A stretch of DNA of 64,000 bases from positions 2,416 through 66,415 of the forward strand of contig DATLGO010000070.1 of NCBI GenBank assembly GCA_035540375.1. Reading direction: 5' to 3'. The position numbers and the translations under genes were made by a program. The number at the start of each line of letters is the position of its first letter. The stretch's first letter is position 1. Under the pieces are notes generated by a model, which saw only the letters and a program-made list of their open reading frames with translations, was not told the DNA's origin and made no database searches. This DNA comes from Thermoplasmatota archaeon (lineage in GTDB: Archaea > Thermoplasmatota > SW-10-69-26 > JACQPN01 > JAJPHT01). Positions 8,533-18,913 of this stretch are shown here, one piece after another.

Positions 8533-10611
8533 TCAAGTTTTCCCGGCTTCGGCGAGGCGGGTCTCGAGCGCCGCGGGCGAATCCGCGGGCGCGAGGCAGC
8601 GCTCGCCGAGGCACACGAGGGCCGTGGGGCCCGCCGCGCGCGCCGCGAGCGCGCGCGCCTCCTCCGGGACGCCGGGTTCGGCCGCATCCCCGATGACGCG
8701 GACGACCCGTCCGGGCGCGTAGGCGCGCAGGGCGGCCGCGCGCATCGCGTCCGCCGCCTCGCCGCGCGCGACGACGAGCACCTGCGGGGGCGGGGAGAGA
8801 AGCGCGTCGGCCGCGAGGAACCACGCGGCGGCGAAGAGGCCGTAGCGCGGCGCCTCGGCCGCGAAGGCCTCGAGGATGCGTCGCGCGTGGTCGCGATGCC
8901 GCGCGTCGCCCGTCGCGGCCGCGAGTCGGACGAGGGCGCGGGCGGCCGTCGCGTTCGCGCTCGGCGTCGGGTTGTCCTGGATGGGCCGCTCCACCTGCGT
9001 CTCGAGAACGCGCGAGCCCGGGCCCGCGAGGTCGGGCGCGTGGTCGCGCAACCCGCCGCCCGGGGCGGCGAAGGCGCGCTCGAGAAGGTCCGCGACGGCA
9101 ACGGCGGCGTCGAGGTAGCGGCGGTTCCCGGTGTGGTCGTGCGCGTCGAGGAGGGCGGGAAGCATCTGGGCCTGGTCGTCGAGGAGGCCGCCCGAAAGCG
9201 GGGTTCCGTCGTCCGCGAGGCCGTGGGCGAATCCGCGCTCGCGCGACCAGGCCTCGTCGAGGAACCGGTCGAGCGTGAGGCGCGCGAAGTCGCGGTAGCG
9301 CGCTTCGCCCGTCGCCCCCGCGAGCGCGAGGAACGCGGAGACGGCCATGCCGTTCCAATTCGTGTAGAGCGTCCGGTCGACGTACGGCGCGGGCCGTTCG
9401 AGTCGGGCCGCAAGCATCTTGCGGCGGACCTCGGCGAGGACCCGCTCCACCTCGGCGACGGGTCGGCCAAGCGCGTGGGCGAGGTCGGATGCCTTCGCGG
9501 CGACGTGGAGGACGTTGCGCCGCGGGTCGTGGTGCATCGGGCCGCGCTCGGCGAGCCCGAAGTGGAGGGCCGCGAGCCTCATCTCCTCGGGATCGAGGAC
9601 GGCCGCGGCTTCGTCGAGCGTCCAGGTGAAGAAGTCGCCGTCGTCCTCGTGGCCGACGTCCGCGTCCTGCGAGCCGTAGAACCCGCCATGATCGCGATCG
9701 GAGAGGACGGTTTCCATGAAACGCGCCACGTCGCGCGCCTTCGCGTCGTAGCCGCGGCCCGGCCACACCTGCGCCGCGTGCGCGAGGTTCGCGAGGAGCC
9801 CGGCGTTGTCGTGCAGCATCTTCTCGAAATGCGGGACGTGCCAGCGCGCGTCCACCGAATACCGGTGGAAGCCCCCCGCCAGGTGGTCGTAGACGCCGCC
9901 GTCGAGCATCCGGTCGAGCGTCGTGCGAGCGACGTCCTCGAGCGCGGCCGATCCCGTGCGGCGGTATCGGGCGATCGCGAGGTCGATCGCGCTCGTGTGC
10001 GGAAACTTCGGCGCGTGGCCCCAGCCTCCGTTCACGGCGTCGAACTCGCTTTCGACGTGGCGAACGGCGTCGTCGATGAGGCCTGGCGCGATCTCGCCCG
10101 GCGCGCCCGCCCCGCCGCGCCGCGCGAGGGCCGCGAGGATTCGGTCGGCTTGCGCGGCGGCCTCGTCACGGTTCTCCGCGTAGAAGCGCGCGACGGATTC
10201 GAGGACGCGCGGGAAGCCGGGTCGGCCGTGCATGTCGACGGGCGGGAAGTAGGTGCCCCCGTAGAACGGCTTGCCGTCCGCCGTGAGGAAGACGGTGAGC
10301 GGCCAACCCCCCTGGCCCGTGAGGGCCGCGACCGCCTTCTGGTACCGCGCGTCGACGTCCGGGCGCTCGTCGCGGTCGACCTTCACGGGGACGAAACGCT
10401 CGTTGATGAGGCGCGCCGTCGCCGCGTTCTCGTAGCTTTCGCGGTCGATGACGTGGCACCAGTGGCACCAGACGGCCCCGATGTCGAGGAGCACGGGTTT
10501 GCCCGTGCGCTGCGCCTCCGCGAACGCCTCGTCGCCCCACGGCCACCAGTGGACGGGCTGGTTCGCGGCGGTGCGCAGGTACGGCGCCTTCTCGGAGGCG
10601 AGGCGGTTCAT
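8533..10611 (-). CDS. Thioredoxin-domain protein (YyaL/DUF255 family) with an N-acylglucosamine-epimerase-like alpha-toroid domain
   Basis: N-terminal [10 protein letters not shown]...WCHWCHV thioredoxin-like motif. About 690 aa, typical of YyaL. Confidence 0.75.
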   Translation of the reverse strand: MNRLASEKAPYLRTAANQPVHWWPWGDEAFAEAQRTGKPVLLDIGAVWCHWCHVIDRESYENAATARLINERFVPVKVDRDERPDVDARYQKAVAALTGQGGWPLTVFLTADGKPFYGGTYFPPVDMHGRPGFPRVLESVARFYAENRDEAAAQADRILAALARRGGAGAPGEIAPGLIDDAVRHVESEFDAVNGGWGHAPKFPHTSAIDLAIARYRRTGSAALEDVARTTLDRMLDGGVYDHLAGGFHRYSVDARWHVPHFEKMLHDNAGLLANLAHAAQVWPGRGYDAKARDVARFMETVLSDRDHGGFYGSQDADVGHEDDGDFFTWTLDEAAAVLDPEEMRLAALHFGLAERGPMHHDPRRNVLHVAAKASDLAHALGRPVAEVERVLAEVRRKMLAARLERPAPYVDRTLYTNWNGMAVSAFLALAGATGEARYRDFARLTLDRFLDEAWSRERGFAHGLADDGTPLSGGLLDDQAQMLPALLDAHDHTGNRRYLDAAVAVADLLERAFAAPGGGLRDHAPDLAGPGSRVLETQVERPIQDNPTPSANATAARALVRLAAATGDARHRDHARRILEAFAAEAPRYGLFAAAWFLAADALLSPPPQVLVVARGEAADAMRAAALRAYAPGRVVRVIGDAAEPGVPEEARALAARAAGPTALVCLGERCLAPADSPAALETRLAEAGKT

Positions 10612-10729
10612 CGGTCGGGCATCGCGCGCTTCACGCTTGAAGCGACCGCCTCACCCCCGGGGCAGCGGCGTTGGGGACCTGCCCGACGAGAACGGCGCCT
10701 TCTTCCCGTGCCGACCGGATCCCGGAGGG

Positions 10730-11278
10730 ATGAAGTCCGCGCTCGCCCCGGTCCTCGCCGCGGCGTTCCTGCTCCCCGGCTGCCTCGTCCAGCTCGGCGG
10801 CGAATATCCCCTCGACGAGGGTCCCTGCGTTCCGCTCCGCATCGCGCCGACGAGCGTCCGCCTTCCGGTCGAGGGGTTCGTCGAGATCGAGCTCACGTAC
10901 CGCAACTGCCGCGCCGAGCCCGTGCAGCTCGGCGCCGGCGCGGCGTGCGACGAGGCGGGCGGCCTCGCCCCGACGCTCGAGCGCGGCTGGAGGTCCGGGA
11001 AGTTCTGGCTCGGCTACTTCGGCCGCGCCGACGCCGTCGCGCCGGAGCTCGTCGCCTGCCCCGCGGACTTCGTGTACCGGGATCCGCTCCCTCCGAACGC
11101 GACGCACGTCGGGACCGTCCGGTGGAACGGAACCCTCACGGAGAACGCGTGCAAGGGAGGCCGGTGCCCCCGCTCGTTCGACGCGCCGGCCGGCCTCTAC
11201 GGAATCGAGGTGACCGTGCACGACACGCGCGGCCGCGGCGCGTACTCGGAAAGCGTGGCCTTCGAGGTCCGCCGTTAG
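10730..11278 (+). CDS. Hypothetical lipoprotein
   Basis: MKSALAPVLAAAFLLPGC lipobox. The tool ORF starts at 10448 inside the upstream gene. The ATG at 10730 gives a clean signal peptide. Confidence 0.5.
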   Translation: MKSALAPVLAAAFLLPGCLVQLGGEYPLDEGPCVPLRIAPTSVRLPVEGFVEIELTYRNCRAEPVQLGAGAACDEAGGLAPTLERGWRSGKFWLGYFGRADAVAPELVACPADFVYRDPLPPNATHVGTVRWNGTLTENACKGGRCPRSFDAPAGLYGIEVTVHDTRGRGAYSESVAFEVRR

Positions 11279-11634
11279 TGGGGACGGTCCGCGCCGTACC
11301 GCGCGGCGAGATACTCGCAGATCTGGAACGGGTGCTGGATAAACGTCCGGCCGTCGGCCTCGCCCCACTCGATCGACGGGGGCGCGCCCTTCATGCGCTC
11401 GCGGTCGCCGAGGACGAGGAGCGGGACGCCCTGGTTCTCCTCGCCGACGAGCGCGATCACGTCGGAGCGCGGACGCGCGTACCCGACGTAGCGGACGTCG
11501 AGCTTCTCGCGAAGCGGCGGATAGAACGAGAGCATGCCCTCGACCATCGCACATTCGCCGCAGAAGAACCGGCTCGACCCGTCGAGGAAGCCGGGCTTGA
11601 GGAGAAAGAGGGTGTCCTTCACGGCGGTCTCCAT
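11275..11634 (-). CDS. DUF3088-like small protein
   Basis: C-terminal part of the tool ORF 11275..12495. METAVKDTLFLLKPGF...FCGECAMVEG matches the DUF3088 pattern. An alternative start lies at 11679. Confidence 0.45.
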   Translation of the reverse strand: METAVKDTLFLLKPGFLDGSSRFFCGECAMVEGMLSFYPPLREKLDVRYVGYARPRSDVIALVGEENQGVPLLVLGDRERMKGAPPSIEWGEADGRTFIQHPFQICEYLAARYGADRPH

Positions 11635-11709
11635 GCCCTCGGGGGTCAAGGGGCTGCCGGTCGCGCCGCGTCGGAACATCTTCAACGCGACGACGCGCTC
11701 CGGATCCCG

Positions 11710-12459
11710 ATGAGCGGTCTCAGGGTCTCGACGCAGGACGGCGTCCGCGTGCTCGTGATCGATCGTCCCGCGCGCCGGAACGCCTTCGACCGCGCGACGA
11801 TCCGCGCACTGGGCGAGTCGCTCGAAGCCTTCGCCTCCGGCCGGGACGACGCGCCCGCGCTCGTCCTCACGGGCGCGGGCGAAGCCTTCTGCGGGGGCGG
11901 CGACGTGAAAGAGATGGCCGAAGCGGCGGACCTCCGCGCGCACTTCCTCGCGCTCACCGCGGACCACCACGCGGCGGTGCTCGCGATGCGGCGGGCGCCG
12001 AAGCCGGTCGTGACCGCCGCGCCCGGCGTCGTCGCGGGCGGCGGCCTCGGCCTCGCGCTTGCGGGCGACCTCCGTCTCGCCGCGCCCGAGGCGCGCTGGG
12101 TCGCCGCGTACGGGGCCCTCGGCGTCGCCCCCGACGGCGGATCGACGTGGCTCCTCCCGCGTCTTGCGGGCGGCGCCGTCGCGGAGCGACTGCTCCTCCA
12201 CGGCGAGACGCTCGATGCGGAAAAGGCGCTCGCGGCGGGCCTCGCGCACCGGATCGTGCCCCGCGCGGCGCTCCTTGCCGAGGCGATCGGGGAGGCGAAG
12301 CGTCTCGCATCGGCGCCGGGGGGCGGCTTCGCCGCCTCGAAGCGGCTGCTCGGCGACGTGGACGCGCTCGCGGCCCATCTCGACCGCGAGCGCGCCGAGA
12401 ACGCGGCGACCGGGGCGTCGGAAGCGACGCGGGCGGCCGTGGCGAAGCTGAAACGTTGA
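11710..12459 (+). CDS. Enoyl-CoA hydratase/isomerase family protein
   Basis: Crotonase fold motifs VLVIDRPARRNAF and LTGAGEAFCGGGD. The ATG at 11710 lies within the artefactual 7147..12459 ORF. Confidence 0.8.
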   Translation: MSGLRVSTQDGVRVLVIDRPARRNAFDRATIRALGESLEAFASGRDDAPALVLTGAGEAFCGGGDVKEMAEAADLRAHFLALTADHHAAVLAMRRAPKPVVTAAPGVVAGGGLGLALAGDLRLAAPEARWVAAYGALGVAPDGGSTWLLPRLAGGAVAERLLLHGETLDAEKALAAGLAHRIVPRAALLAEAIGEAKRLASAPGGGFAASKRLLGDVDALAAHLDRERAENAATGASEATRAAVAKLKR

Positions 12460-12545
12460 CGGCGTCCGCGGGGGGCATCGCGGACCCGCGTCCATGCCGC
12501 GAACGAGACCAAGCCTTTTAGGTCGGGAAGCGGGATGGCCCGCCC

Positions 12546-13994
12546 ATGCCCGACGAGAAGCCGATGCACATCGACGGGGCCTGGGTCCCCGCGAGCGGCA
12601 ACCGCACCTACGAGGTCGTCTCGCCCGTCGACGGGAGCGTCCTCGCCGCCGTCGCGAAGGCGACGCGCGACGACGCCGCGAACGCGGTCGCCGCCGCCGA
12701 GCGCGCGTTCCGCGACCCGGCCTGGCGCCGCATGGATCCCTCGGAGCGCGGCCGCCTCCTCCAGCGCGCGGCCCTCATCGCGCGCGAGCGCGCGGACGAG
12801 ATCGCCCGCCTCGAGTCGACGAACCAGGGCAAGCCTCTGCGCGAGGCGAAGGCCGACGTGCTGTTCGCGATCGCGACGCTCGAATACTACGCGGGCCTCG
12901 CGGACAAGATCGAGGGCGGCGTGATCCCCGTGTCGGGTCCGCGCTTCGCCTACACGCTGCGCGAGCCGCTCGGCCCCACGGTCCACATCATCCCGTGGAA
13001 CTACCCCTTCCAGCTCGGCGTGCGCTCGGTCGCGCCCGCGCTCGCCGCCGGGAACACCGTCGTCGCGAAGCCCGCGTCGCAGACGCCCCTCACGTTCCTC
13101 GTCCTCGCGGAGATCTTCGAGAAGGCCGGCTTCCCGAAGGGCGTGTTCAACGTCGTGACGGGCTCCGGCTCCGAAGCGGGCGCCGCGCTCGCGGCGGACG
13201 GCCGCGTCCGCGGCGTCGTGCTCACGGGGTCCGTCGAGACGGGCCAGAAGCTCCTCGCTGAGACCGCCCGCAACCTCGTGCCGACGACGCTCGAGCTCGG
13301 CGGCAAGTCGCCGAACATCGTCTTCCCCGACGCGGACCTCGACAAGGCCGTCAAGGGCGCCGCGTTCGGCATCTTCCTGAACGCCGGCCAGATGTGCTGG
13401 GCGGGATCCCGGCTGCTCCTCCACGAGAGCATCCACGACGCGTTCGTCGAGAAGCTCGCCGCGTTCGCGAAGACGTGGAAGCTCGGCAACCCGCTCGAGA
13501 AGGACACGCGCATGGGCCCGCTCGTCTCGAAGGAGCACCGCGAGCGCGTCGAAAGCTACGTCGCGGTCGCCGAGAAGGAGGGCGCGAAGCTCGTCCTCGG
13601 CGGGAAGCGGCCCGAGGACCCCGCGCTCGCCGCGGGCGCGTTCTACGGTCCCACCATCTTCACGGACGTGGCCCCGGCCTCGACGCTTGCGCGCGAGGAG
13701 GTCTTCGGTCCCGTCCTCGCCGTCATGAAGTTCAAGGACGAAACCGATGCGCTGCGCCTTGCAAACGGCGTCGACTTCGGCCTCTACGCGGGCGTCTGGA
13801 CGAAGGACCTCGCGCGCGCCCACCGCGTCGCGGCGGACCTCGAGAGCGGCCAGGTGGCCGTGAACGAGTACCCCGTCACGTTCCCGCAGGTGCCGTTCGG
13901 CGGCCTGAAGCGGAGCGGCCTCGGCAGCGAGCAGGGGCTCTCCGCGCTCGAGTTCTACACGCGCCGCAAGAGCGTGATGATGAACCTGGGCTGA
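12546..13994 (+). CDS. NAD(P)-dependent aldehyde dehydrogenase
   Basis: ALDH motifs FNAGQMCWAGSR (catalytic Cys) and ELGGKSP. 482 aa. Confidence 0.9.
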   Translation: MPDEKPMHIDGAWVPASGNRTYEVVSPVDGSVLAAVAKATRDDAANAVAAAERAFRDPAWRRMDPSERGRLLQRAALIARERADEIARLESTNQGKPLREAKADVLFAIATLEYYAGLADKIEGGVIPVSGPRFAYTLREPLGPTVHIIPWNYPFQLGVRSVAPALAAGNTVVAKPASQTPLTFLVLAEIFEKAGFPKGVFNVVTGSGSEAGAALAADGRVRGVVLTGSVETGQKLLAETARNLVPTTLELGGKSPNIVFPDADLDKAVKGAAFGIFLNAGQMCWAGSRLLLHESIHDAFVEKLAAFAKTWKLGNPLEKDTRMGPLVSKEHRERVESYVAVAEKEGAKLVLGGKRPEDPALAAGAFYGPTIFTDVAPASTLAREEVFGPVLAVMKFKDETDALRLANGVDFGLYAGVWTKDLARAHRVAADLESGQVAVNEYPVTFPQVPFGGLKRSGLGSEQGLSALEFYTRRKSVMMNLG

Positions 13995-14084
13995 GCCGGA
14001 CCCCGACGTGTGGGGGCCCCGCCGCGTTCACCAACCGACGTGACAGACCCGGATTGATGACCGCACGGCCACCGTCCATACCTG

Positions 14085-15413
14085 GTGGTGGCTACGGCAT
14101 CGCGCGGGCGTGTCCTCGGAGCGGTCCTCGTGATGGGCGTCGTGGTGCTGCCCGGCGTCGTCGTCGCGGGGCAGATCTCGGGCTCGAAGACCGAGCAGAT
14201 CGTCGAGGGCCACAACGTGTTCGCGGTCGTCCAATCGATGACGAACAAGAACATCACGGGCGTCACCGTCCTCGTCCGCGAGAAAGTCGTCTCGGGCGGA
14301 AAGCTCTGGTTCAACGACCAGTATCTCGTCAGTCCCCAGCAGGCGATGGCGTCGCAGAACGGGAACTTCACGGACTGCGCGTTCGAGCCCGACGGCTCCT
14401 ACGCCTGCAACCGCTATCCGTGCGGCGGCGTGGTCGTGGTCGTGCCCGCCGGTCGTCCCAAGCCCTATGCGACGGACGGCGAGCGGGGCATCCTCGACCC
14501 GGCGATCGACGCGCTCGGTCGTCCCGGCGGCTTCTCGAATCCTGAGATCGCGGCCTCGGCCTGGGTCGAGCAGTACTTCGTCACGGACCCGAACGACCAC
14601 ACCTTCGTTGTCGACCTCTACCGCGTCCTCACGAACCAGAATGCGGACACGACGGTCTACAACTACGACGTTTACGACAAGATCTCCGACTTTCCGGGCG
14701 GTCCCACGGCGCCCGCCCAGACCGCGTACACCGTCCCGGGTCCGATCTGGATGGTCAATCTGCTCGGGAGCCCCGACTTCATCGCGGACGACGGGGTGAG
14801 CAACTGCGGCGCGTACGTCGACAATCCCCCCGCGGGAGCCTTCGAACCGACGTTCGTCGACGGCCAATACGTGTGCTACGATGGAAACGTCGAGGGTCCC
14901 GACGGCTGCCTCTACGACGGACACGCTCGCAACACCACGTATCCCACGCCCGCCGTGGCCGATGGCCGCGTGTACCACAATCACCGCCGGTACAACGCGG
15001 AGATCGTCATGTTCATCGATCACGTCCTGGGGATGCGGCACATGCCCGCAATCCACAAGGACCGCGCCGTGCACAATCGCACGTCCACGAATGCGACCAA
15101 CGGGTGCGACAGCAACACGATCCAGCGCAACGCGGACGGCTCGTCGGCGGGCGTGGAGAGCGAGTGGCGATGCCCCGGCGGCAACGACGACGCCGAGGGC
15201 TACAGCCACCCGTTCAACCCGTACGGGCCCCAGGCTCCGGGCGACCCGGGTTGGGACGACGAGCACAGGCACGACACGGCGCTCGTCGACATCTACTACT
15301 ACCCGACATACCGCCCCCACAATCCGACGCCCGCGGAGCGCGCGGCGAAGGGATGGGCCATCTATGACACGGAGGGCTCCGCCGCGCCCTTCGACACGCG
15401 CGATTCGCCGTGA
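14085..15413 (+). CDS. Secreted hypothetical protein (Cys/His/Asn-rich)
   Basis: Hydrophobic N-terminus. No recognised domain. Confidence 0.45.
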   Translation: MVATASRGRVLGAVLVMGVVVLPGVVVAGQISGSKTEQIVEGHNVFAVVQSMTNKNITGVTVLVREKVVSGGKLWFNDQYLVSPQQAMASQNGNFTDCAFEPDGSYACNRYPCGGVVVVVPAGRPKPYATDGERGILDPAIDALGRPGGFSNPEIAASAWVEQYFVTDPNDHTFVVDLYRVLTNQNADTTVYNYDVYDKISDFPGGPTAPAQTAYTVPGPIWMVNLLGSPDFIADDGVSNCGAYVDNPPAGAFEPTFVDGQYVCYDGNVEGPDGCLYDGHARNTTYPTPAVADGRVYHNHRRYNAEIVMFIDHVLGMRHMPAIHKDRAVHNRTSTNATNGCDSNTIQRNADGSSAGVESEWRCPGGNDDAEGYSHPFNPYGPQAPGDPGWDDEHRHDTALVDIYYYPTYRPHNPTPAERAAKGWAIYDTEGSAAPFDTRDSP

Positions 15414-15415
15414 CG

Positions 15416-15799
15416 CTACCCGGCGTCGCGCCGCTCGCGCTTCTCCACCGCGTTCTTGACGCGGCTTTCGACGCCGGGCCGGGAGCCGCCCACCTGCTCC
15501 TCCGCCGGGAACGACGTCGGCGCCCCGCGTCGGGCCATGATCTCGCGCCGGTCGTCGGCGAGGTCCTTCTTCGCGGGAAGGTCGAGGTCGTCGGCGCTCA
15601 TCTTGTTCATGCGCCGGTGCTCTTCGTCGAAGCGGGCCTTGCCCGCGGGCCTGTGGGGCGGCTTGCCGACCATGTCTCTCGAAGGGCGGACCGGCGGGAT
15701 AGGGCGTGTGGCCGGTTCGTCGCTCACCTTCATGCGACCTCGCGGCCTTCGGGGCGCGATGGCCTCCTCGGCGAGCGTCTTCCTCAACGTCACGGACAT
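15416..15799 (-). CDS. Possible small charged hypothetical protein
   Basis: It fills the gap between convergent and divergent neighbours but has low complexity and overlaps the next gene start by 40 nt. It could be spurious. Confidence 0.2.
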   Translation of the reverse strand: MSVTLRKTLAEEAIAPRRPRGRMKVSDEPATRPIPPVRPSRDMVGKPPHRPAGKARFDEEHRRMNKMSADDLDLPAKKDLADDRREIMARRGAPTSFPAEEQVGGSRPGVESRVKNAVEKRERRDAG

Positions 15800-16214
15800 C
15801 GACCGCTCCCTCGCGTTCTACAAGAAGCTCGGCTTCAAGGTCGAGAAGGCTTGGAAGGACCGCGAGACGAAGTCCACATGGTACGCCGACCTCGTGATGG
15901 ACGGCATCGACCTCGGGCTTGGGAACATCGCGGCGAACGACGACCCGGCGTTCCGGGCGTGGGCCTCGCCCCCGTTCGGCAACGGCATCGTCGTCTATTT
16001 CACCGTCCCGGACGTCGACCGCGCGTACAAGGCGGCGAAGCGCGCCGGCGCCGTCATCGAGAGCGACCTCGAGGACCGCAGCTACGGGCGCGTGTTCACG
16101 CTCAACGACCCCGACGGCTACACGGTGACGTTCCTTGAGGAGCCGCGACGGGGCAAGGCCCCGGCAAAGCGCGGAAAGACCGCGCGGAAGGGCGCGAAGC
16201 GCCGCGCGCGATAG
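15759..16214 (+). CDS. VOC/glyoxalase-family protein with a basic C-terminal tail
   Basis: Glyoxalase/bleomycin-resistance fold (VFLNVTDIDRSLAFYKKLGF...DPDGY). Tail is RRGKAPAKRGKTARKGAKRRAR. Confidence 0.7.
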   Translation: MASSASVFLNVTDIDRSLAFYKKLGFKVEKAWKDRETKSTWYADLVMDGIDLGLGNIAANDDPAFRAWASPPFGNGIVVYFTVPDVDRAYKAAKRAGAVIESDLEDRSYGRVFTLNDPDGYTVTFLEEPRRGKAPAKRGKTARKGAKRRAR

Positions 16215-16492
16215 CGCGGCCCGAACCCGCGGGGTCCCGCGTTGGCCGTGGTCACAATCCTTAATATCGACACCCCGTGTGAACCCGTGTCGCGCTCCCC
16301 CGGGCGCGGCATTGGAGGCAGTCCATGGTCGAACAGCAGGGTCGAACAGCCCGGGCTCCGTCGTGGCCCGGCCGGTGGACGCCGGGCGTCCCCGCCGCCC
16401 ACTACGAGGAAGCGCCGGAGGATCCCACGCCGAGACGACGACGCCGAGCGAAACGCATCCCGGACCTCCCTCCCGCCTCGGAGACGCTCGAG

Positions 16493-16618
16493 ATGGTGAT
16501 GGCGACATGCGGCGGATGCGGCGCGACGCTTCCCACGTTCGCGCGGCCGGGCCAGTCGCCGAGCTTCTACTGCGGGGGATGCGGCCGCCTTGCGGATGGG
16601 GGCCTCCCGCCGCCGTGA
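16493..16618 (+). CDS. Possible small zinc-ribbon protein
   Basis: CGGCG...CGGCG pattern in a 41-aa ORF within a 400-nt gap. Weak. Confidence 0.2.
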   Translation: MVMATCGGCGATLPTFARPGQSPSFYCGGCGRLADGGLPPP

Positions 16619-16624
16619 GCGGCT

Positions 16625-17254
16625 TCACGGCTTCGCCGCGCGCGACCTCGCGACGCCGCGCTTCGGGCACACGTCCGTAAGGACGCACGCGCCGCAGCGC
16701 GGCGACCGCGCCGGGCACACCGCGCGGCCGTGCTGGATGAGCAGGTACGTGAGGTCCGGCCAGTCCTCGCGCGCGAAGCGTCTCATCAGATCCTGCTCCA
16801 CCTTGACGGGATCCTCCCCGCGCGCAAGGCCGAGCCGTCGCGCGAGGCGTCCGACGTGCGTGTCCACGCACACGCCCTCGGCCTTGTCGAACGCGTTCGT
16901 GAGGATGACGTTCGCGGTCTTCCGCCCGACGCCGGGGAGCGCGACGAGGGCCTCCATGGAGTCCGGGACCTCGCCCCCGTGGCGCTCGACGAGGGCTTTC
17001 GCCATGCCGAGGAGATTCCGCGCCTTGCTGCGGAAGAATCCGGTCCGGTGGATGACCTCCTCGAGCGCGCGCGGGTCGGCCTCCGCGAGCGCCTCCGCCG
17101 TGGGCCACCGCGCGAAGAGCGCGGGCGTCACGCGGTTCACCATCGCGTCCGTGCACTGCGCGCTCAGGATCACGGCGGCGAGCAGCTGGAATGGGGTCTC
17201 CGCCTCGAGGAACGAATAGCGCGGGGGGTAGCTCGCGCGCAGGCGGGCGAGCAC
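16625..17254 (-). CDS. nth: Endonuclease III (DNA glycosylase/AP lyase)
   Basis: HhH-GPD motif LPGVGRKTANVIL and a C-terminal 4Fe-4S cluster loop CPARSPRCGACVLTDVC. A GTG start at 17254 gives 209 aa. Confidence 0.8.
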   Translation of the reverse strand: MLARLRASYPPRYSFLEAETPFQLLAAVILSAQCTDAMVNRVTPALFARWPTAEALAEADPRALEEVIHRTGFFRSKARNLLGMAKALVERHGGEVPDSMEALVALPGVGRKTANVILTNAFDKAEGVCVDTHVGRLARRLGLARGEDPVKVEQDLMRRFAREDWPDLTYLLIQHGRAVCPARSPRCGACVLTDVCPKRGVARSRAAKP

Positions 17255-17365
17255 GAGGTCGGGGGGCGCGGACGGCGCGCGGCGGGGCACGCCCGTCGAT
17301 GGCGCGTCCCCGGCTTGACCCTTGCCCGGCGCAAGGCCTTTGTGCGCCCCCGCCCTCGCCCGTGC

Positions 17366-18073
17366 ATGCCCCTCGAGGCGCTCCTCATCGACGCGTTCGG
17401 TACCATCCTCCACGCGGACCCCCCGTGGGAGGGCGAGCGCGAGCGGTGCCTCGCGGCCTGCCTCGCGGCCGCGGGCGACGTCGCGCCGCTTCCCCGCTTC
17501 GTCGAGGCCTACGAGGCGGCCCGCGCGCGTCAGCACGCGGCCGTCTCGGAGTCTCACCGCGAGTTCGACTTCGAGGCGCGCTTCGAGGACGCGTTCTTTG
17601 CGCTCGGCGTCGCGGACGCGCGCATCCTCGGCCGCAAGGCAGCCCTCGCGTACATGGACTTCCAGGCGAACCTCGTGCGCGCCTTCGACGGCGCCCCCGC
17701 GGTGCTCGACGAGCTCTCGAAGGAGTTCCGCCTCGCGCTCGTGAGCAACTACCCCGACGGACCCGCGCTGCGCGGCGCGATGGAGCGCGAGAAGCTCCTC
17801 GCGCCGTTCGAGGTCGTGATCGTGAGCGGCGAGCACGGGTGGATGAAGCCGCACGAGACCATCTTCACGGAGGCGCTCGCGAAGCTGGGGCTCCCGGCGA
17901 GCCGCGCGTGCATGATCGGCAACGACGTCGAGTGCGACATCCTGCCCGCGCGCAAGCTCGGCCTGCGCACCGTGTGGACGCCGTACCCGCGGGACGCGGA
18001 CGGCACGGCGCCCGCGGACGCGACGGCGCGCTCGTGGCGCGAGGTCGCGCGCGTCGTGCGGGCGTGGCGCTAA
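17366..18073 (+). CDS. HAD-superfamily hydrolase
   Basis: Motif I LIDAFGT, motif II/III and IGNDVECD. Confidence 0.75.
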   Translation: MPLEALLIDAFGTILHADPPWEGERERCLAACLAAAGDVAPLPRFVEAYEAARARQHAAVSESHREFDFEARFEDAFFALGVADARILGRKAALAYMDFQANLVRAFDGAPAVLDELSKEFRLALVSNYPDGPALRGAMEREKLLAPFEVVIVSGEHGWMKPHETIFTEALAKLGLPASRACMIGNDVECDILPARKLGLRTVWTPYPRDADGTAPADATARSWREVARVVRAWR

Positions 18074-18906
18074 CCGAACACCTTCGCGGCGTTCTGCCAA
18101 AGGATGCCCTCGATCGCCTGCGCCGGAAGCGCGAGGCGCTCGAACGCCTGCCAGTGCGCGCGAAGCGACTTCACGCCCGGGCTCGGCCAGTCGCTTCCGT
18201 AGAGGCACTTGTCCGCGACCTCGCCGAGACGCGGGAGCACCTCGAGCAGCTTCGCGGGCGGGATGCCGCTCAGGTCGAGGCGCACGTTCGCGTGCCGGCG
18301 CGCGAGAAAGAAGGCGGTGTCGTACCAGAGGGGACGCCCCGCGTGCGCGAGGATGAGCGTGAGGCGCGGATGGTCCACCGCGACGTCGTCCGCGTGGATG
18401 GGGTCCGCGAATCGGTTCTTCGCGCCCGGGAACACGCTCGTGCCCGTGTGGATCGTGACGGGCATCCCGAGCCGCTCCGCCTCCGCGTAGACCGGCGCGA
18501 GGCGCTCGTCGTGCGGATAGAGGAGCTGGTGCGCGGGGTGGACCTTGAGCGCGCGGATGCCGAGCGCGTGGAGGCGGCGCACCTCCGCGGCCGCGTCCTC
18601 GACGGTGCCCGGGAGGACGGAGCCCATCGCGACGAGGCGCGGCTCGCCGCGCGCGTAGGCGGCGATCCAGTCGTTGACCTCGGGCGGGAAGCCCATGACG
18701 CGCGGGCTCACGTAGTTCACGAGCACCGCGCGCGCGATGCCTTCGCGGTCGAGGTGCGCGAGGAAGGCCGCGCGGTCGCGCTGGAACGCCTGGATGGCGT
18801 CCGCGTCGTCGCGACCGCGGACCATCGCGTCGCGCACCTCCGGCCTCAGGTGCTCCCAGGGCTGGAGGTGCACGTGCGCGTCGAAGACGCGACGACCCGC
18901 CGCCAT
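18070..18906 (-). CDS. Amidohydrolase-2 family metal-dependent hydrolase
   Basis: VFDAHVHL metal-binding start, HTG and TIM-barrel hydrolase pattern. Confidence 0.8.
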   Translation of the reverse strand: MAAGRRVFDAHVHLQPWEHLRPEVRDAMVRGRDDADAIQAFQRDRAAFLAHLDREGIARAVLVNYVSPRVMGFPPEVNDWIAAYARGEPRLVAMGSVLPGTVEDAAAEVRRLHALGIRALKVHPAHQLLYPHDERLAPVYAEAERLGMPVTIHTGTSVFPGAKNRFADPIHADDVAVDHPRLTLILAHAGRPLWYDTAFFLARRHANVRLDLSGIPPAKLLEVLPRLGEVADKCLYGSDWPSPGVKSLRAHWQAFERLALPAQAIEGILWQNAAKVFG

Positions 18907-18913
18907 GCCGGAC

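Noticed and set aside
7147-12459. 1770-aa plus-strand ORF
   Set aside because: Only its last 249 codons (11710..12459) are a real enoyl-CoA hydratase. The rest is antisense to thiB and the thioredoxin-domain gene.
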